DNA of 63,751 nucleotides, filler included, from Hyphochytrium catenoides (Eukaryota > Protista > Hyphochytriomycota): the NCBI GenBank assembly GCA_900088475.1. It is 12 parts of 12 records of this genome, joined end to end, with 100 filler letters (N's around TTAATTAATTAA, not from the genome) between each part and the next. Parts side by side here need not be neighbours in the genome. Positions count along the whole stretch, not along the records: positions 1 to 30,179 come from FLMG01000969.1; 11 more parts are not named here. One strand, 5' to 3'. Made by a program: the position numbers and the translations under genes. A model generated the notes under the pieces. That model was not told the DNA's origin, ran no database searches, and saw only the letters and a program-made list of their open reading frames with translations. Shown here piece by piece: positions 1-26,571 of the stretch. Positions within the stretch are counted from its first letter, which is position 1. Every line of letters starts with the position of its first letter.

Positions 1-560
1 TCTCTCTCTCTCTCTCTCCCTCTCTCTCTTCCATCACTCTGCTCCCTCTCCCTCTCTGGATCTGGAAGCTCTCCTGCCTCCTGAATCTCTTACGAACTGT
101 TAGTGGATCTGGACGCCATCTTCCCCTTCTCCGTCCAGCATCTCGCCTCTACTGGATTCCCCCAACTGCTACTTAACTGGACTCCTAGGGCTTCCCTTCC
201 ATCCTTGCTCCGGCTGCTTCCTTCCCTTCAATCCTTGCTCTTGACTTGAGAGTCCCCGCGTCCTGCATCCCCGATGGCTCTCACGACAGCCTGACGAAGC
301 AGCAGAGGCTGTGAGGGACGCTGTTGGAGGACAATCGGCTCGTACTTGCTCAGACTTGAACAGCAGCAAAAGCATCAGATCACAAAGACCCTTCTCCTTC
401 TAGAGCGCGCATATGTTTTGAAGGACAAAGGCACGAGAGAGATGAGTGAAGTTTGGGCTTGAAAGAGAGAGGCTCACCCAAGAGCCATCGACTCTCTGCT
501 GTTGCTCTTGCTCAGTTCGTCACTTTAGTCATCCTGTGTCTCTCTCCACAGAAGACAACG

Positions 561-12641
<12,081 letters not shown>

Positions 12642-15600
12642 GAAGGCCCGGCCCGCCTAGTCACCGACGCAAAGTCCAATGAGGGCCGGCCATCGCGAGA
12701 AGAAAGGCAGGACATTAGACAGACAAGACATTAGGATAGCATGAAGAGCAGGACAAGCTGTGAGGCTGTGAGGAAGGATGCTTTGCAATTATATTATGAA
12801 AGTTTTATTTATTGCACAAGCACTGTGCTGATGTAGACACGATTTTTTGCACTATCGGACGATATCTTGCTTCTCACTAGCAGGGAACGGGGCCATACAA
12901 ATAGTTACGTAAGTTAGAGCGAGGCACCGTATGTGTGCGAGCTAGAACGCGGAACTTTAGAGAGCATGTCTCACAGGTAACAGCTAGCGTTTTTACTGAG
13001 CATCCTTCGCTTGAGACACATATTAGAGATTTGAAGGACTTTATAAATTAAGCCGAAAGAGAGGCACTATCGCTCCAAGTTCCAGCACAACATTAGTTCT
13101 GTATGAGGAGCTATATGAGGAGCATCTGTAGGGGATGCTTGAAATTCCTTGTCCACCCCGCAGCTGCGGCAAGGATGAAAGCCCCCTTGTTTTCTTGTCT
13201 GAGGGGTTACGTAAGCCACGTGCGCTATTGGTGACGTGCAAGAATTATGTCAAAGACACGAACTACTAGCTCTCCAACCCCAGACCAAACTACAGATCAG
13301 AGAAACATGCTGATGATGAGTTTTATCCTCCTCTAACTGCATCCTGGAGCTGATGTCTGACAATTGTTTGAAGGATGTTGAATTGTTCCCCTTATTTTGC
13401 CCTTGAATTACAGTCAAGGATATCAGCGGACAAAGCTGTCGCCATACGGACCAGAAGTGAAGTGAGGATCCTCAAGGGGTGGCTCTTCCTACATCCAACA
13501 ACATGATCTACCCTCAATTGGAACCTCTCCCTTTCATCACATCTGGCTCCCGACAGGCTACCAAGCTTCATCAACTGATTGGGGAAGCTGCAGTCCTTGT
13601 AAAAGAGCTGCTCGCTTCCTTCAGCACCAGAGATGAGACTTCCTAATCTCACCTATCTCAGCTCTTTATAAGGTTGGCTGGAGAGTCCTACCTTAAAGGT
13701 AAAGAGGAAAAATGCCGAGGACATGATGGACTGAAGAGCTGTTGCAGACTGCAGACTCAATGGATCAATGATGATTAGCAGAGACTCTGTATAAAATAAT
13801 AAGTCTCTGTCTCTAAGAAAGAGGCGGCGGACGCATTGAAGGATCAAACTCGTGGTAAATACCAGTTTTTGTAAGCAAATGTGCTATGTATCCTCGTTCT
13901 CAACCAGATGAGGATCGCCATACCTTAGATTTTTCTCTATTCTCGGAGGAAGGGCCAGTTGGAGGTAATTTTGTTAATATACCTTAGGCTTGACACCTGT
14001 ATCAACTATTGTTCTCGGAGAAGAGCCACCTTTTGACTAATTTGGCACATATTTCAAACTAGATTCTGGTGGCATTCATGCTATTGGGGCTATTATTAGA
14101 CTCAAGAGTGTATGTGCAAAATCCTGAGACTCAACAAGATCCCTTGAACTAAACCAGGCCAATTTTATTTAAGTTGCATTTCCACTGCAAAATTGAAAGC
14201 TTCCTCCCTTCATAAGGGAAGATTTCACACTTATTGAGAAATCTCTGGCACCTCGAAAGCTTTCTTATAGGTTCAAGGGGATTTTTCGATTTTGCCAAGT
14301 GATCGAGTCTGTGGGGGATGCAGGGGGTAGGAAGTAGGAAGCTCCATTTAGAACTCGCTGGCCCAAAGTTGTTAGGCCTACTCTAATCGACGAGTTGCTT
14401 CGAAGCTTTACTATTTTTATTCATAGAACTACCAGACTAACGGTGACACTTGCTGTACAGTTTATAGTTCTAGTAACTCACTCGTTTCATTTTTCAATAA
14501 AATCACCGAGCATGAAGGTGGCCAAGACTATAAAAGTGCTAACTTTTATGCAGAAAGGCCTATCGGCTGATATAAGAAAAGTCCAGTCGTCAACTAGGAA
14601 ACACTCTGACTAAATTTTGGGCAATAAAGGCCACACTCAACAGCGGATAAGTAAGCGAAGACAGAGGGATAGCAGGAAAGAGAGACTGGGAGTCAAAAAA
14701 AGAGATAGGGTCCCTATCTGCTATGCCCACTCAAGAAGCACTATTATTGTGATGAATGAATGCTCTTGTACGTACAATAGTAAAATTGCAGTTTCCATTG
14801 TTTCGGGATTTTGCCCAGATCCAAGGACAAAGACTAAAGGCCTTTATAGCTTGAAAGGAGGGGAGCAGAGACAGCTTGTGTTCTAGATTCCTTCTTGTGA
14901 GCACCTTTATTATGTGGCGAGGAAAATCCTGGTGAGGGATAAAATACCGAAGCGGTTCTGTTTATGGTAAGTTTTGGATGGCCAATAATGTACCCTCGCT
15001 GCACGGCGAACACTGTGGGGCACTCACAAGTCAATAGATAACATTCCCCTAACCAAAGTGAGCAACAATGTACGAAAACGTAACTCCCCACATCCCTGTG
15101 ACAGTGAAAATCTGTCTTCTTTCATGCACTCTTTTTCATTCTTTGTGTGGTTGGATGGACTTATTCGATCTCTCTCGCTCCAAGCATCCCATCTAGTGTC
15201 TCACTTATAAGGGTTGTTCAATGCATAATGGAGCTCTCTGTCTTGCCACTACGTCCTCTTCTTCTCGTTCTGATTGTTCCTCCGTTATCTCTTTCCTACT
15301 CTTTCTGAAGTGACGGGGTCTCACTCTCTTCTATGCCATTGATGGCACACAATACCTGGTGCTAATGTTGGGGCTAACCTTAGCTGATGGCAGGCACATG
15401 ATTGACACGATCTCTATGTAAGCCCATCGCTCTTTACGATCAGACGACCAAGCAACAAAGAGCGAGAGAGAGATCATCAACAAGAGTGCAGTAGTGGCTC
15501 CCGAACCCAAGAGACAAGAGAAGAGGACGGACGAGAGAACAAGAAAGGACAGGGAGGAGGAAGAGGCGAGGCGGAAGAAGGGACGAGAGTCAACTCATCA

Positions 15601-16069
15601 ATCACAAGAAGAGTTATATTCCTTTCTTTCCCGTTCCCCTGGCGACCTTCTTCCTTGCTCTGTATCACCTTCAGGCTGGCCCTTCAGGTGCTCAAAAACC
15701 CCTACCAGAGTCTCTTTGGTGGCAGAGGCGCGGTTGGGGTTAAAAGTCCTTGGAGGTGATCATAGTAAAATAGCCGACAGGTCAAGCGAACGGTCGAAGT
15801 CTCTGTCATTGCACATTCTCTCTCAGACGACGACACTCCTTCGTCGCCCTTGGCCCAGTAGGGCTTCCTAGGGAGGTAGACGGAGAACGGCAATAATAGG
15901 ACCTCCAGGAAGGGCAAAAGGGCAAAGACCGGAGCTGTGAGACGGAAAGATTGGAAGCAGAGAACAAAACGCCACCGCTCCGTCACGTGCGACACCTTTG
16001 TCGATATATATCGTCTGACTTCACAACCTGCCGCTATCGGCCCCTTTTCCCTTGTCTCTTTTCAGAGTA

Positions 16070-16873
16070 ATGAGCTTTGTGCGCTCTCCAGTGGTATTAG
16101 AACCTAGGTCGAGTGCTATCGGCAGCCTGAGCTGCAACCGGTCTCTTAGCACAAGGGGCGCCCTACGGGGGTTGTTGCAACACGGTCCTCAGGGCCGTTG
16201 GCCTAGGATGTTCCTGACAACTAGGTCTCCCTTTGCTAATGATAGCTCGTCTAGCCTCAAGAAAGATGAGCTGGCAAAGGTGGAAAGCCAAGAAAGAGAA
16301 ATACGGAGCCACGTATCTCTTAACAAAGTCAACGTCAACTCTTCCACAACTTCCACAAGGTTGCCCACTACTGCGGTAATTGGCTTCTCTGGAGAAACTT
16401 CACACTCTTTCACGGAGGAGAGGTCGTTGCTAAAGAATGCCGCCCTACGGGCGGAGCAATCTGCCAAAATGCATAGAAATAAGGCCAGAAGCTTGCTTAA
16501 ATCAGGGAGGAGCATTATAGAGGCCAGCCATTCACTTCGCATTGCTCAACAGTTAGAACAGTTTGTCCAACAGATCTTGCAACGACACAGCACGGCTGTG
16601 GCACACAGTCGAGAGGGACAGGAGAACAATAGGAAACGCCACAGCGAAGAAGATTTCTCTCACTCTGGGGAAGCCTCACCTTTGAAGAAACAGAGGCTCT
16701 GCCAAGAAAAGAAGACGGTTCGTTTTTGCGATGACGTAGAGATTATCGGCGTTGCAGATTCAGACTATGACCGGACCAAGATTGATGTTTCCCAGACCAG
16801 TGCAGCCGAGCTGTTATTTATTAAGGCCTGCAGTTACTTCCCGGATAGTGTAGAGCGCCTCTTGTCTTTATGA
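16070..16873 (+). CDS. Intronless hypothetical protein with C-terminal RVxF-PhiPhi-DYDR PP1-binding motif (putative PP1 regulatory subunit)
   Basis: Open frame 16052-16873, first ATG at 16070, non-repetitive sequence. The C-terminus KKTVRFCDDVEIIGVADSDYDRT resembles neurabin/spinophilin/Phactr PP1-binding segments. A basic NLS-like stretch (RKRH...PLKKQRL) precedes it. Confidence 0.65.
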   Translation: MSFVRSPVVLEPRSSAIGSLSCNRSLSTRGALRGLLQHGPQGRWPRMFLTTRSPFANDSSSSLKKDELAKVESQEREIRSHVSLNKVNVNSSTTSTRLPTTAVIGFSGETSHSFTEERSLLKNAALRAEQSAKMHRNKARSLLKSGRSIIEASHSLRIAQQLEQFVQQILQRHSTAVAHSREGQENNRKRHSEEDFSHSGEASPLKKQRLCQEKKTVRFCDDVEIIGVADSDYDRTKIDVSQTSAAELLFIKACSYFPDSVERLLSL

Positions 16874-17958
16874 GAGGCATGGAAGGGGTCAGCAGTCCTA
16901 TTGTCTGTGTACTTTGTCTTTCATCGCCCCAAATTTTGGCGTTGGACCCATCACTTTCCCGTTTTGCCTGTTCAGCCAACAGCCTTTTGCTCGGCTGCTG
17001 GGTGTCAATATAGTTATAAGCCTCCATCATTTTATCATAGATTGCCTGATGGCCAGTGAGAGTAATGTGCTTCGGCTCAGTCTCATCTCTTGCTAACACA
17101 ACCTATGACTTCCTCATCGATGACTTTGGTGGTGGACTTGAGGTACCGGGGCGGACTCCCCCACCAACGGGACTTCTCACCTTAAGCGTCGTCATCCATC
17201 TTTAAAGAAGATATCTGTGTAAGGGTCCTGGTATGGTGGTGCCCTGATGGGTTTAAAGCTGTAGCGGCCCGATGTCGTGATGTCGTCATCATCGTCAATC
17301 AGGGCGGCTCAACAAGAAGCACATCCGGCCGTATAAATAATGCTTATTGTAAGGCTTTTAATGATAAGACTCTTGTCTATGCGGCAGTAGTAAACGTACC
17401 GGGCTGCTGCTCGGGCCTTCTTCAGATTTGTCGCCTTCCTCTTCATGAAATCCGTTCACTGGGAGGAACTGAGGAAGAGAGGCATCCGGGATCTGGGATC
17501 TGGGAATCACTGCAGCCTGTATCTCAGGATCATTTGATCAGTTACTGCCACTACAGATATTATCAATGATATGGAGCGATGGAGCGATCAAGCGCTGTTG
17601 AAGATTTTAGATTGAAGCTCAAGGGCAGGACAGGAAATCTGAAGTTTCTTATCCTTCATCAGTACTTGCTAAGCATCGCTGCGGCTAGTGGACTGCACCT
17701 GTTGAGGTTTCTTGTGGATAGTGTCTCCTTAAGCGACCGGCAGCGCTTTATGTGACAGAGCTTCCCTCCCAATATATAACCCGGCCTTCGTGATAGGCAT
17801 TTCTCCGTCATCCCATCTCTCAGCTTCGTGTGTTTCAAACAGCTGCTCTGTTTGCGGGTCCGAGTGCAAGATGACACGGACCGACCGCTTCCCGGTTAGC
17901 CAGTGAATAGAAGGGTAGGAAACTGTTGTCCGAAGTGTCTGGATTTAGCAGCTATACC

Positions 17959-20900
17959 ATGGCCGCCCAACATATGGTACTTCCCGTTGATAAGCCCCAA
18001 GAAACGGCTGACAAGAAGTTCACGAAGTGGGTTGAGGCGGAGCTTCTCAAAAATCTCGGTCCTGAGATCTCCAACGGCGTCACCATCTCGTACAAGGATG
18101 ACTTCAACGTCTGGCAGGTCGTGCAGCAGCTTATGGAGTCAAAGCTTCCATTGAGGGACATTGAGGTAAAAGGGCAGCTATCCAGATATCACCATATTCC
18201 TGCTCTCCAAGTGCAGGTAGGACCGTCGCTCGCTCAGTGAGTATTTGACGTCAGCAACCGCGATTAACTCCTTGATAATATCAGTTCATCGCCCAAGATT
18301 CACGGCGACGCTCGGACACTATATTATCTGGTGAGCTTTTGCTCATTATCTCTTGCGCATCGTTTGCCTCGAGGACGCGATGCTAACTCCGTGGACACTG
18401 TCTCGCATGGCCCCCTATCTTCTTATCAACTTTCTACAGCAGGACGGGATGTTCTTCTTCCTCACAGCCCTGCACCTTTCCTCTCCGTGCTCTCTCTTAT
18501 CCTCGTCTATTGTCCCTTCTAGTGTCTTCAACGTTCACCTCTCCTATTCTCTTATAGAGAGCTCATACTTCTTCTTTAGCGAACTGGTTCAAAGCGCCAT
18601 TTGTTAATCTCTACATTGTCAAGTGCGAAGACTTCGACACCTATAAGACTTCCACCAAGGCCAACATCAAGCAATGGGGTAAGAACTTAAGCACTGGAGA
18701 GCATCGTAGTAACGTAAGCAGGGGAAGAAAAGCAGGAGAAGAAAGGCAGGAAGAGGGCACGGAAAGAGCAAATGGAAAGGCGACGGGGCGTATGGTGGAG
18801 AAAGGGTCCACAAACAAGCGCGATGGGCTTGATCTTGATGTTGACCCTGAAGGAAAGTTAGGCTTATAGGGACGAATGTAAACCTGAAAGGATAAAGGGA
18901 ACCAAAGTGCAGAAGCGTCATGAGAAACGACAGAGGAGCCTAACAGCGAGACCATAACGGCAAGCTCATACTTCGCTCTGCTAGTGGATGAGATGACAGA
19001 GAGACACCAGCAGTGGCTATTGATCTACGTTCCGATGGGCACTCAGGCAGGCGCTACACGCGCCCTCAACCCTCTTAGCGACTCTGGACCTAAGGTCAAG
19101 AGACTGGTCCCTCCAATAATTCAACAGTCCTCCTCTCTCTCAGCCTTTACCGGCGTATTCCTTGCCGGAAACAATTGTCATCTACTTTCTTTCTTGTTTC
19201 TTATGCCTATCTTCCAGCTCCAAATCCAGCAATGGTAGCGCTAAGACAATCTAGGCCTTGAATGACTCGCCCTTGCTGCGTTGTGAACTGGTATGTCTAA
19301 CGTCTGGTGTTTAGATCTATAAAAGGATCTTCGATAGGATGCGCAGTGACTTTTTTCTTAAGAAAGAAGGGGACCGAGCATGTAAGCTCGACATATTTGA
19401 GACAGCAGCCCTTGCCATCACGCCAGTACGTCCGCCGCCATCAAATAGTTAGCAAACAAACGGGAAGCTACTGCGTACTTATCCTTCACCTACCTCCCCT
19501 GTTTCGGCTGCTGTCTTTTCAACTCGTCGATACGAAAGAACGCAGGAGGAGGGACAGGCTCGTCTCCTTCTCCACCCATCACTGAAGATCCATGGGATGA
19601 GCTTATTCAGGCTTTGAAGGAGTGTATTTCTGCGAGTTTTGAGATGCGCTCCCAGCAATATTTAGAAGAGATAAGAAGGCTGGACAGCCAGGTAAGAGCA
19701 ACATGACTGGATGACTTAGGCGAGGTGTTCAAAGAAACATCAATTTCTCGCCGGGGAAGCTAGATGCTTTAGAGGAAGAAAGAAGGAGTAAGGCGAAAGG
19801 GACGTGCCGCAATGGACTTGGAACAGACACTAAGCGGACGAGCGGGGTGTGAGCAGAGAGAAGTCGATTCACCGCCTGCCCATAGCGTTTCTTGCCAGGT
19901 TGGAACTTCTCCGCCTTTCATACTGTGAAGGAAGCACTCGCCTTTATGTTCTGGCAGTTTCACCTTCTGGATGAGTGCTTGCGTGAGGTATGTGCAGGAG
20001 GAGGATGATTTAAAACGGCGGTGCTGAGCCTTACTTTGGTCTTCAATCCACGTGGGCGGTAGTGTTCTCTCCACCGCCGGTGTTCTGAGTTCTGGACGTC
20101 AAAGTAATGCAACGGTTTGCCCCGCACTGAATTTAACTGTTCCTTTATTAAGTGGGCTGAAGGGAGGCCTTTTTCTTTTGCACTCCCCATCGTATGGGGC
20201 ACCATTGGCCTAAACAATTTCTCTTTGACAAGCCCTCTCACTCTCTCTCTCCTTGTCTTCAAAATTGTGGATGCTTTAATAAAGTATGATGAGATTGAAG
20301 CTACATTCATCTCAAGTATGGAATCTAGCGGGGGCACGGTCAATGGTTTAACTATCGCACCAATCGGGCCTGAAGAACCACTGCTTCTGACTCCTGCGGT
20401 GAGAGGCGAGAGGAAGAGAACGCACATTCTCCCAAATAGTGAAGCAACCCTTGGTCCTTTATGTGTCGAGTCCTCCCAAGCCACCCATGCTCTCGTCCTG
20501 CTTATCGATTCCAACAACATCAAGGTGTCAGGGGCTCTACAACTCATCCTCTTACCATCTCTTCTCAATGCACAGGTGTGTTGTGCCTCAAATACACTGC
20601 AGCAGCAACTTGCCCTGAACCAGATTGATGTCTTCCACTTCCGGCTATACCTCTTTTCCCGTCAATGCACTGTACTTCTGGAGCTGGTTGATTTAGGGGA
20701 GTTGGTGCGGAGGACTCTTTCATTCGTAGAGCACTTCCGCAAGCTGCTGGAGGGAGAGAAAGCACTTCACCAGAAGAAGATAGTTGAGTTGTATCCTGAT
20801 GTCACCCCTCTCTTGCCATCACGTCCATCTGCCATGCCTGTCTCCATCGGATCCTCTAATTGGCCATGTCGGCAGAGCTAACCACGTCCTTGCCGTTGCC

Positions 20901-23900
20901 TTCTCTTTGCCCTGCTTAACCTCTTCTCCTTGTTTTTGAGCGGTTGGGCCTCGTTGTCTGTCCTCTGGCTTAGTCTTGTGCGCCTTCCCTCTGGCAGCTT
21001 TGTGTTCCTGGCGCTGCTAGGATTGAAAACTTGACATCCAAAATCTTTAGGATCAATGGGCTGTTAGGACACTTCTAGAAATGACAATGATTGTTCGTAC
21101 CAAAGCCCTGGACCGTCTGGATCGAGATAATAGGACTGAGGTAAAACGATAAGGTTCCGAGGTTAACCCAAGCAGATGTAGTTAAGGAGGAAAGGGCACA
21201 AGAAGGGCTCTAGAAAGGCACAAAGCAGCGGGCTGACCTTTCTTTGCAGGTTTCAGCGTCTAACAGCGGCGACGATGACAGAAGTAGCAGAGGCGTCGAA
21301 ATATTGGAAAACGCTCTGGGAGATCTCCTTCTAGCACTGAAAGTCAGACTTCAGTCCGCGGGCAAGAGAAAATTTGGAGTAAACTCTAGCCTCCTTTCTA
21401 CAGAGGATTGGAGTCTCCCTGAAGCTAAAGAGCCGCCGTTGCCCGTCGAGCCAGTGAAAGAAGTGCTAGTTGCCGAAGGATTCCAGAGCTTGTGGGAGCA
21501 AGCGCCTTCAGACTGGCTGCAGAGCAGCTTGCAATCTGAAGATGCCTTCCAAAGATGTATGCTAATAGTACTGGAATGTCTGGTACGCCCAAGCATAGAA
21601 AAGAAGGAGAGTTGGGACCAAGAAAAGCGGCAAATGTGTTCTATCTCTCATCCCTCTTGGTCCCCACCTCCACTTTCTTATACTAGGCTGAAGTATATCG
21701 CCACGGAGGCCGGCATAGGTTAGTGGCTATGGTCCAGCACGAGGCGGCGCAATTGTACTTTAAACGCAGGTTAGCTAGCCTCTCCTTTCCAACCTGTGTT
21801 TTCTTCTAAGAGGCCTTTGACTGCTGTCGTTTCTCTGGACTGGCGCAGGTCGTATCGAGCGGCCCTGGGGCTACTGCAGGCCAACCTTTCTCTTTATTCT
21901 CAGGAGGCCTGGACTCCGCTACTTATTGGTACCATCCGTACCATTACCACTTGTTACGTTGCGTTGGATGAGCCGCATTGCGCTGTTCTATTTGTCTTCG
22001 AACGGCTTAAGGCACTAGTAGGGGCGAAGGATGAGCAGGACATTCCGGTCAGTACTTCTTCCGGGTGGTATTTTGTCTTGGATTCTATACCGTTTCGCTA
22101 TGCCGCCCATTTAGAACTCCAGCTACTCGTTGGTCACCCCTTGCCACTCCTGTCTACCGCCCAATTCAGGCCTCTAACGAGCTTCTTAGCTTGTTCATAT
22201 GGCTGGCAACAAAGCAGCTGAAGGGTCCTATGTCTCTATCATCGGAGTTGTTTACCTCATTCAGCCTATTTATGGAGGCGGAGCAGACTGTGAGCACGGC
22301 AAGTTCCGGATAGCATACGTGCCAAATGCTTCTACACTTCCCTCAAAAACTGCTTGATCATTAATGGCTCATCTGTCCGCAACATTCTAACGCTTTCTCT
22401 GGGTAACTAGTTCTTAGTCGAGGATGTAGAGGATGTCGTTGCCGCTCTTACAAGCTAGTCAATGAATCTTTCTCTGGCTTTAACTTTTGACAATCCTGCA
22501 CCCTTGGTGTCTGAACCCTTCACTCTCGCTTACCTATGTAGAACTCTTTGGACCTCTCTCCCTCTCCTGTGACTCTCACCTTCACAAGCCCGATTGGAGG
22601 ACTCGCAATAGATGAGATCACAATCACTGCCCGAAGAGTCCCTGAGGTAATGCAAAGCAAGAGGGCGGGAGCAAGCGAGAGAAACGATACAATCCACTAA
22701 CTGAGTCTAGTAAATAAGCAAGAAGACTTTCTGCCTCGTGGACGCAGCGATAGGTAGAATGGGGGAACAAAGTAGAAACCACCACCAAGGAGCGAACACG
22801 GGGGAATAATCGTACCGATTTTGCCTTTCCGCTCGTGTTTCAATCACTTCCCTTCCTGTGCGTAGGTTAGGGGAGGCCCTGAAGAGCATCCCAACCCAGA
22901 GATCCACCAAACGCAGGATCTTGGCGGAGAAGGAAGTTGCAGCCTCTCCAAAGGTGACGTACATTGATACTTCTGATTTAGATGTAGCTGAAAGGGGCCA
23001 AGGCGTGACGAGATTTTCGACGAGGTTGGAAGAAAGTGCAAGCTGAAACGCGAGAGTAGGGAGATGGTTGACAGCAGGCTAAGACGGAAGAGAGGAAGCT
23101 CAAGAAAGCCAGCGTCTACCACCGATGGGCACCCTAACATTCGAACATTCCTTCTCGGCAACTTATTGTAGGGGTTAACACCTTTAAGATGTCTCTTCCT
23201 CGGCCATCTATTCCTGGCGTCTACTTGTTAAGAGAGGCGCGGTTTAGGTTGGGAGCTGTTACACTGATAGAACAAGTCCCAGAGATCTCAGGCGACGGTT
23301 AGACCTATCTCCCTCTATTTCTGTTGATGCAATAGATTCCCAGCTACTTCTGGCTTATGCCTAACCATTTGCTTGCTCCTTGCGTCCACTGATATTGAGC
23401 TGTTCAGAGCTAGCCTGACGTCTTGTTTTGACAACACCGGCTCTGACTTCCTTGCCCTAAACTTAGGCCTCAAGTTCGCTCCTGCTCCACCGAGCTCCTC
23501 CATCACACTGATGGGCCCATCCTGTCTTGTGCCTGGAGAGACCCAACCTTGGATAATCGAGGTCGTTTTGGGACCTATCATTTTCTACTTGCTGGTTTCT
23601 GCACCCAGTCTTTGCCCGCTGCCCCTACGGTTATCCTAGATAAGAGTGCTCCGCAGCCTCTCTGTTCCTAGTAGTAGAGCCTTCATTGTGTGCTTGTTCG
23701 AGAAATGCTCTGTTGTTATTCTCTCTCTTCATCCACCCAGGCATATCTGTAATTATAGTGGTCTTCTCTTTTTGTTCCAGGTTGAGACGAAGGAGGGAGT
23801 ACCTATTGGCTCGTCTCTCTGCATTCCTCTGTTCGACGGCATGGATCTCGGAGAGATGGCATACTTGGAGAGCAAGGAAGCAGGACAGGCAGAGTGGAGG

Positions 23901-26051
23901 AAGTATGGCAGCGAGCCCGTGTCTTTAATGAAGGGAGAAAAGCCGTTAGACTTCAATCAAGTAGGGCAATCTGTGACCCTAACTCAGGTAGACCTTTTCC
24001 AGATTCGAAAGGGCAAAACGAAGCGAAGAGATAAGCTCCTGACGCATCACGCTTGAAGATCTTTTCTCCTGCTCTCCTCGCCCTCGAGTTCTTCTTTTCG
24101 AGTGGTGGTTTATCAGTGGTTCTTCCTCAGGCATTAGTCACTTACTTCTCTTTGCCTCTCGATTCTCTCGGTAGCTGCCACCAATGCCTCATTGGCGTTT
24201 AGTGGTACCACTCACCAGTCCTAGAGACAGTGCTGGCCTAGTTCAAGTAGAGACCTTTGAGGAACATTCAGAAGAGGATGAAGAAGATGGAGTTTGGCCA
24301 AAGAAGACGATAAGGGCAATGCTTTTACGAGGCTCAGTGGTAAGAAAGGCAGCTGGAGAGAAGAGATATTCAGAAGCAAGAGAATTGTCAGAGACTAGAC
24401 AAAGCTAGGACTGAAGAAGGAGCGGCGGATATACAGCTTGGGCTTACAGCCGGAGCAGGGAGAGAGGGAGCTAAGGCTGATGAGAGGTCCTCGATTAGAG
24501 AAAGGGACAGACAGACATGGAGGAAGGTGGAGTGTGATCGCGCTAAACGCTTTACCCTTCACATTCTAGGTTGAAGTCGAAAACGAGCTCTCGGTACCAT
24601 ATCTTCCGCCCCTGACTTTCTCTTACACTTCAACTGTAAAAGGCAGGCTGATTGCTTTGCAGGTCAGAGCAGGTCGACCCGGGACCATCAATCTCAGCCG
24701 ATAACCCTACCTGACGACGTCTCAGAGTGCCTCCTGTTCTACTTTCATTCGGCAAAGCCGCCTTCTTGGTCTTATGATGACTAGACAAGCCTCGGTTTTG
24801 CATACTTTTTTATTAGATAAGTGAATCTGTTGCTAAGTTAGGTTCGCGCGGTCTGCCGCGCTCCCGTGCCTGTCACCATTGTTGGCTACAAGCTTCACCT
24901 TACCGAGGATGCCAGACCAGCCTTTCGGGTAGATACTGTGACCTCTGACACTCTTGCCCATGAAGGACTTCCAGCTTCTTCCTTGTTTAACCTTTCGAAG
25001 CCATATGGGCTGTATGTTGAGCTTCAAACCACCGTCCTCTTGTGTGTCCGCTTTCTCATATCTTTTGCTCTTAAATGCTACTTGTCCTCACTTTCATTCT
25101 GGCTTAGGTGCTAGCCGACCCAAACGATCTGGTCCAAGGCTTCGTCTTGCTACCGCACCAGAGCGTTGGTCTCTCCTTCTTGATAAGTCAGGAGCAAAAG
25201 GGAGTGATATTTTGTGCTCAGCTCGCGATAGAGTACACTTTCCCAGCGTCCACCCTCGTCGCGAGATTCGCTCCTCAGCCCTACAAAGCCGAGGTCTCCC
25301 TTCTCTGCACTTCAACAGGAGAGAGGCACGGACCTTCTTTCGAGGTCAAAGTCATCCCTCTTTCATGGGTCAAGGATGATAAAGAGAGAGAGGAAGGCAA
25401 AGTGACGTTCTCCAGCTCCTTAGAGGAGACAAAGGCCACACACTTCCTTGGCTCCTTTGTCGAATTCTCTCTCCTAATTCGTATGGTGCCGGAAGAGGGA
25501 GAGAGGATTGATGCCAAGAGAGAAGAAGAATCAGCACAGCTTCATTATCAGCTTTCCGTAGACCATTCGTGCTGGATGGTGGCAGGAATGGCGAAGAAGT
25601 CCTTCGAGCTATCTCAGGGACAAGAATGGTGAGAGATGCAGATTAGCCTCGGGCGTCGCTCTATCTACCAATTCACTGCTTCTATTGCTTCCGTTGTCAT
25701 TATGGGCCCGCTCTTAGTAGCTGTTCTTGCCGGTTGGTCTGTACGTCAAACTGTTGCGCCGTTCTTACTCTGGCAGGATCTGAGGAGTGTTCGTACTTCA
25801 CAGCTTCCTGGCCTTGTAACTCTTACGCAGTTTCTCTTCTTTCGCTCTCTTCGCCACCCAGCCGGTTCCCTCTCCGGATGCTTCCTATCCGTTGCGGTCA
25901 TCTCCCTCTCCCAACTTTGACAGTACTCGAGAACGGGAGACCCGTTCCTCCACATCGTGTCCAGCAGCTGCATGGAGCATCCCAGGTTTGTGTCTACCCT
26001 ACTGGCAGCTTAACCGCTGAGCTTGAAAAAGAATGCATGGACACCCCTTGA
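17959..26051 (+). CDS. TRAPPC10: Trafficking protein particle complex subunit 10 (Trs130), multi-exon
   Basis: Spliced exons give family motifs: VTISYKDDFNVWQVVQQLMESKLPLRDI, NWFKAPFVNLYIVKCEDFDTYK, WLLIYV, IFDRMRSDF, SFEMRSQQYLEEIRRLDSQ-RFLPGWNFSAFHTVKEALA...YDEIEA, YSQEAW, and C-terminal YQLSVDHSCWMVAG / LPIRCGHLPLP / SQVCVYP. Internal exons between 21 and 24 kb were not all resolved. Confidence 0.85.
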
Positions 26052-26571
26052 GGGTCATATAATAGTAGTATAATCTGCTAGAGGCATGGGAACAGAAGAG
26101 GGAAAGTCCTGGACAACAGAGAGAGAGCCAAGTTAGAGGTGACGGCGAGACTTACTTCAGCACACATTCATGTAGACGTCTAGGAGCAAGGAGGCAAATA
26201 GCAGAAAGAGAGACCATCTCTATTGGTGCAAAGAAAGAACCTCGAAGAGTCATGTACATATGGGCTGGAGGGCAGCATCCATTGTGACATTAGAGAGTAA
26301 CTATCTTATATAAACCGTCCTCTCCAACCCCTTTGTGCACTTCTTCCCCTTTTCTGTTGATAATAGCTCTCTTTCTTCCCTGAAAGCGAGAAGTGCAGGC
26401 CTCAGATAGAAAGCTTATGACCTCTTTTTGCTGTCGAACTCATCTATTGACTCTGTCTCTTCACCCGTTAGGCCCAATGTCTCAAGCTAGGAGTGTTCTC
26501 TTCGAAAGTTTGTCTCGTTCTCTTTATCGTTTGCTGCCATTGAGCCCACATGTGGTCGGTTATTCCATAGT

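Noticed and set aside
13000-14400. AT-richer stretch that might be a decayed transposase
   Set aside because: No recognisable motif in any frame, only weak internal duplication near 13920-14050.
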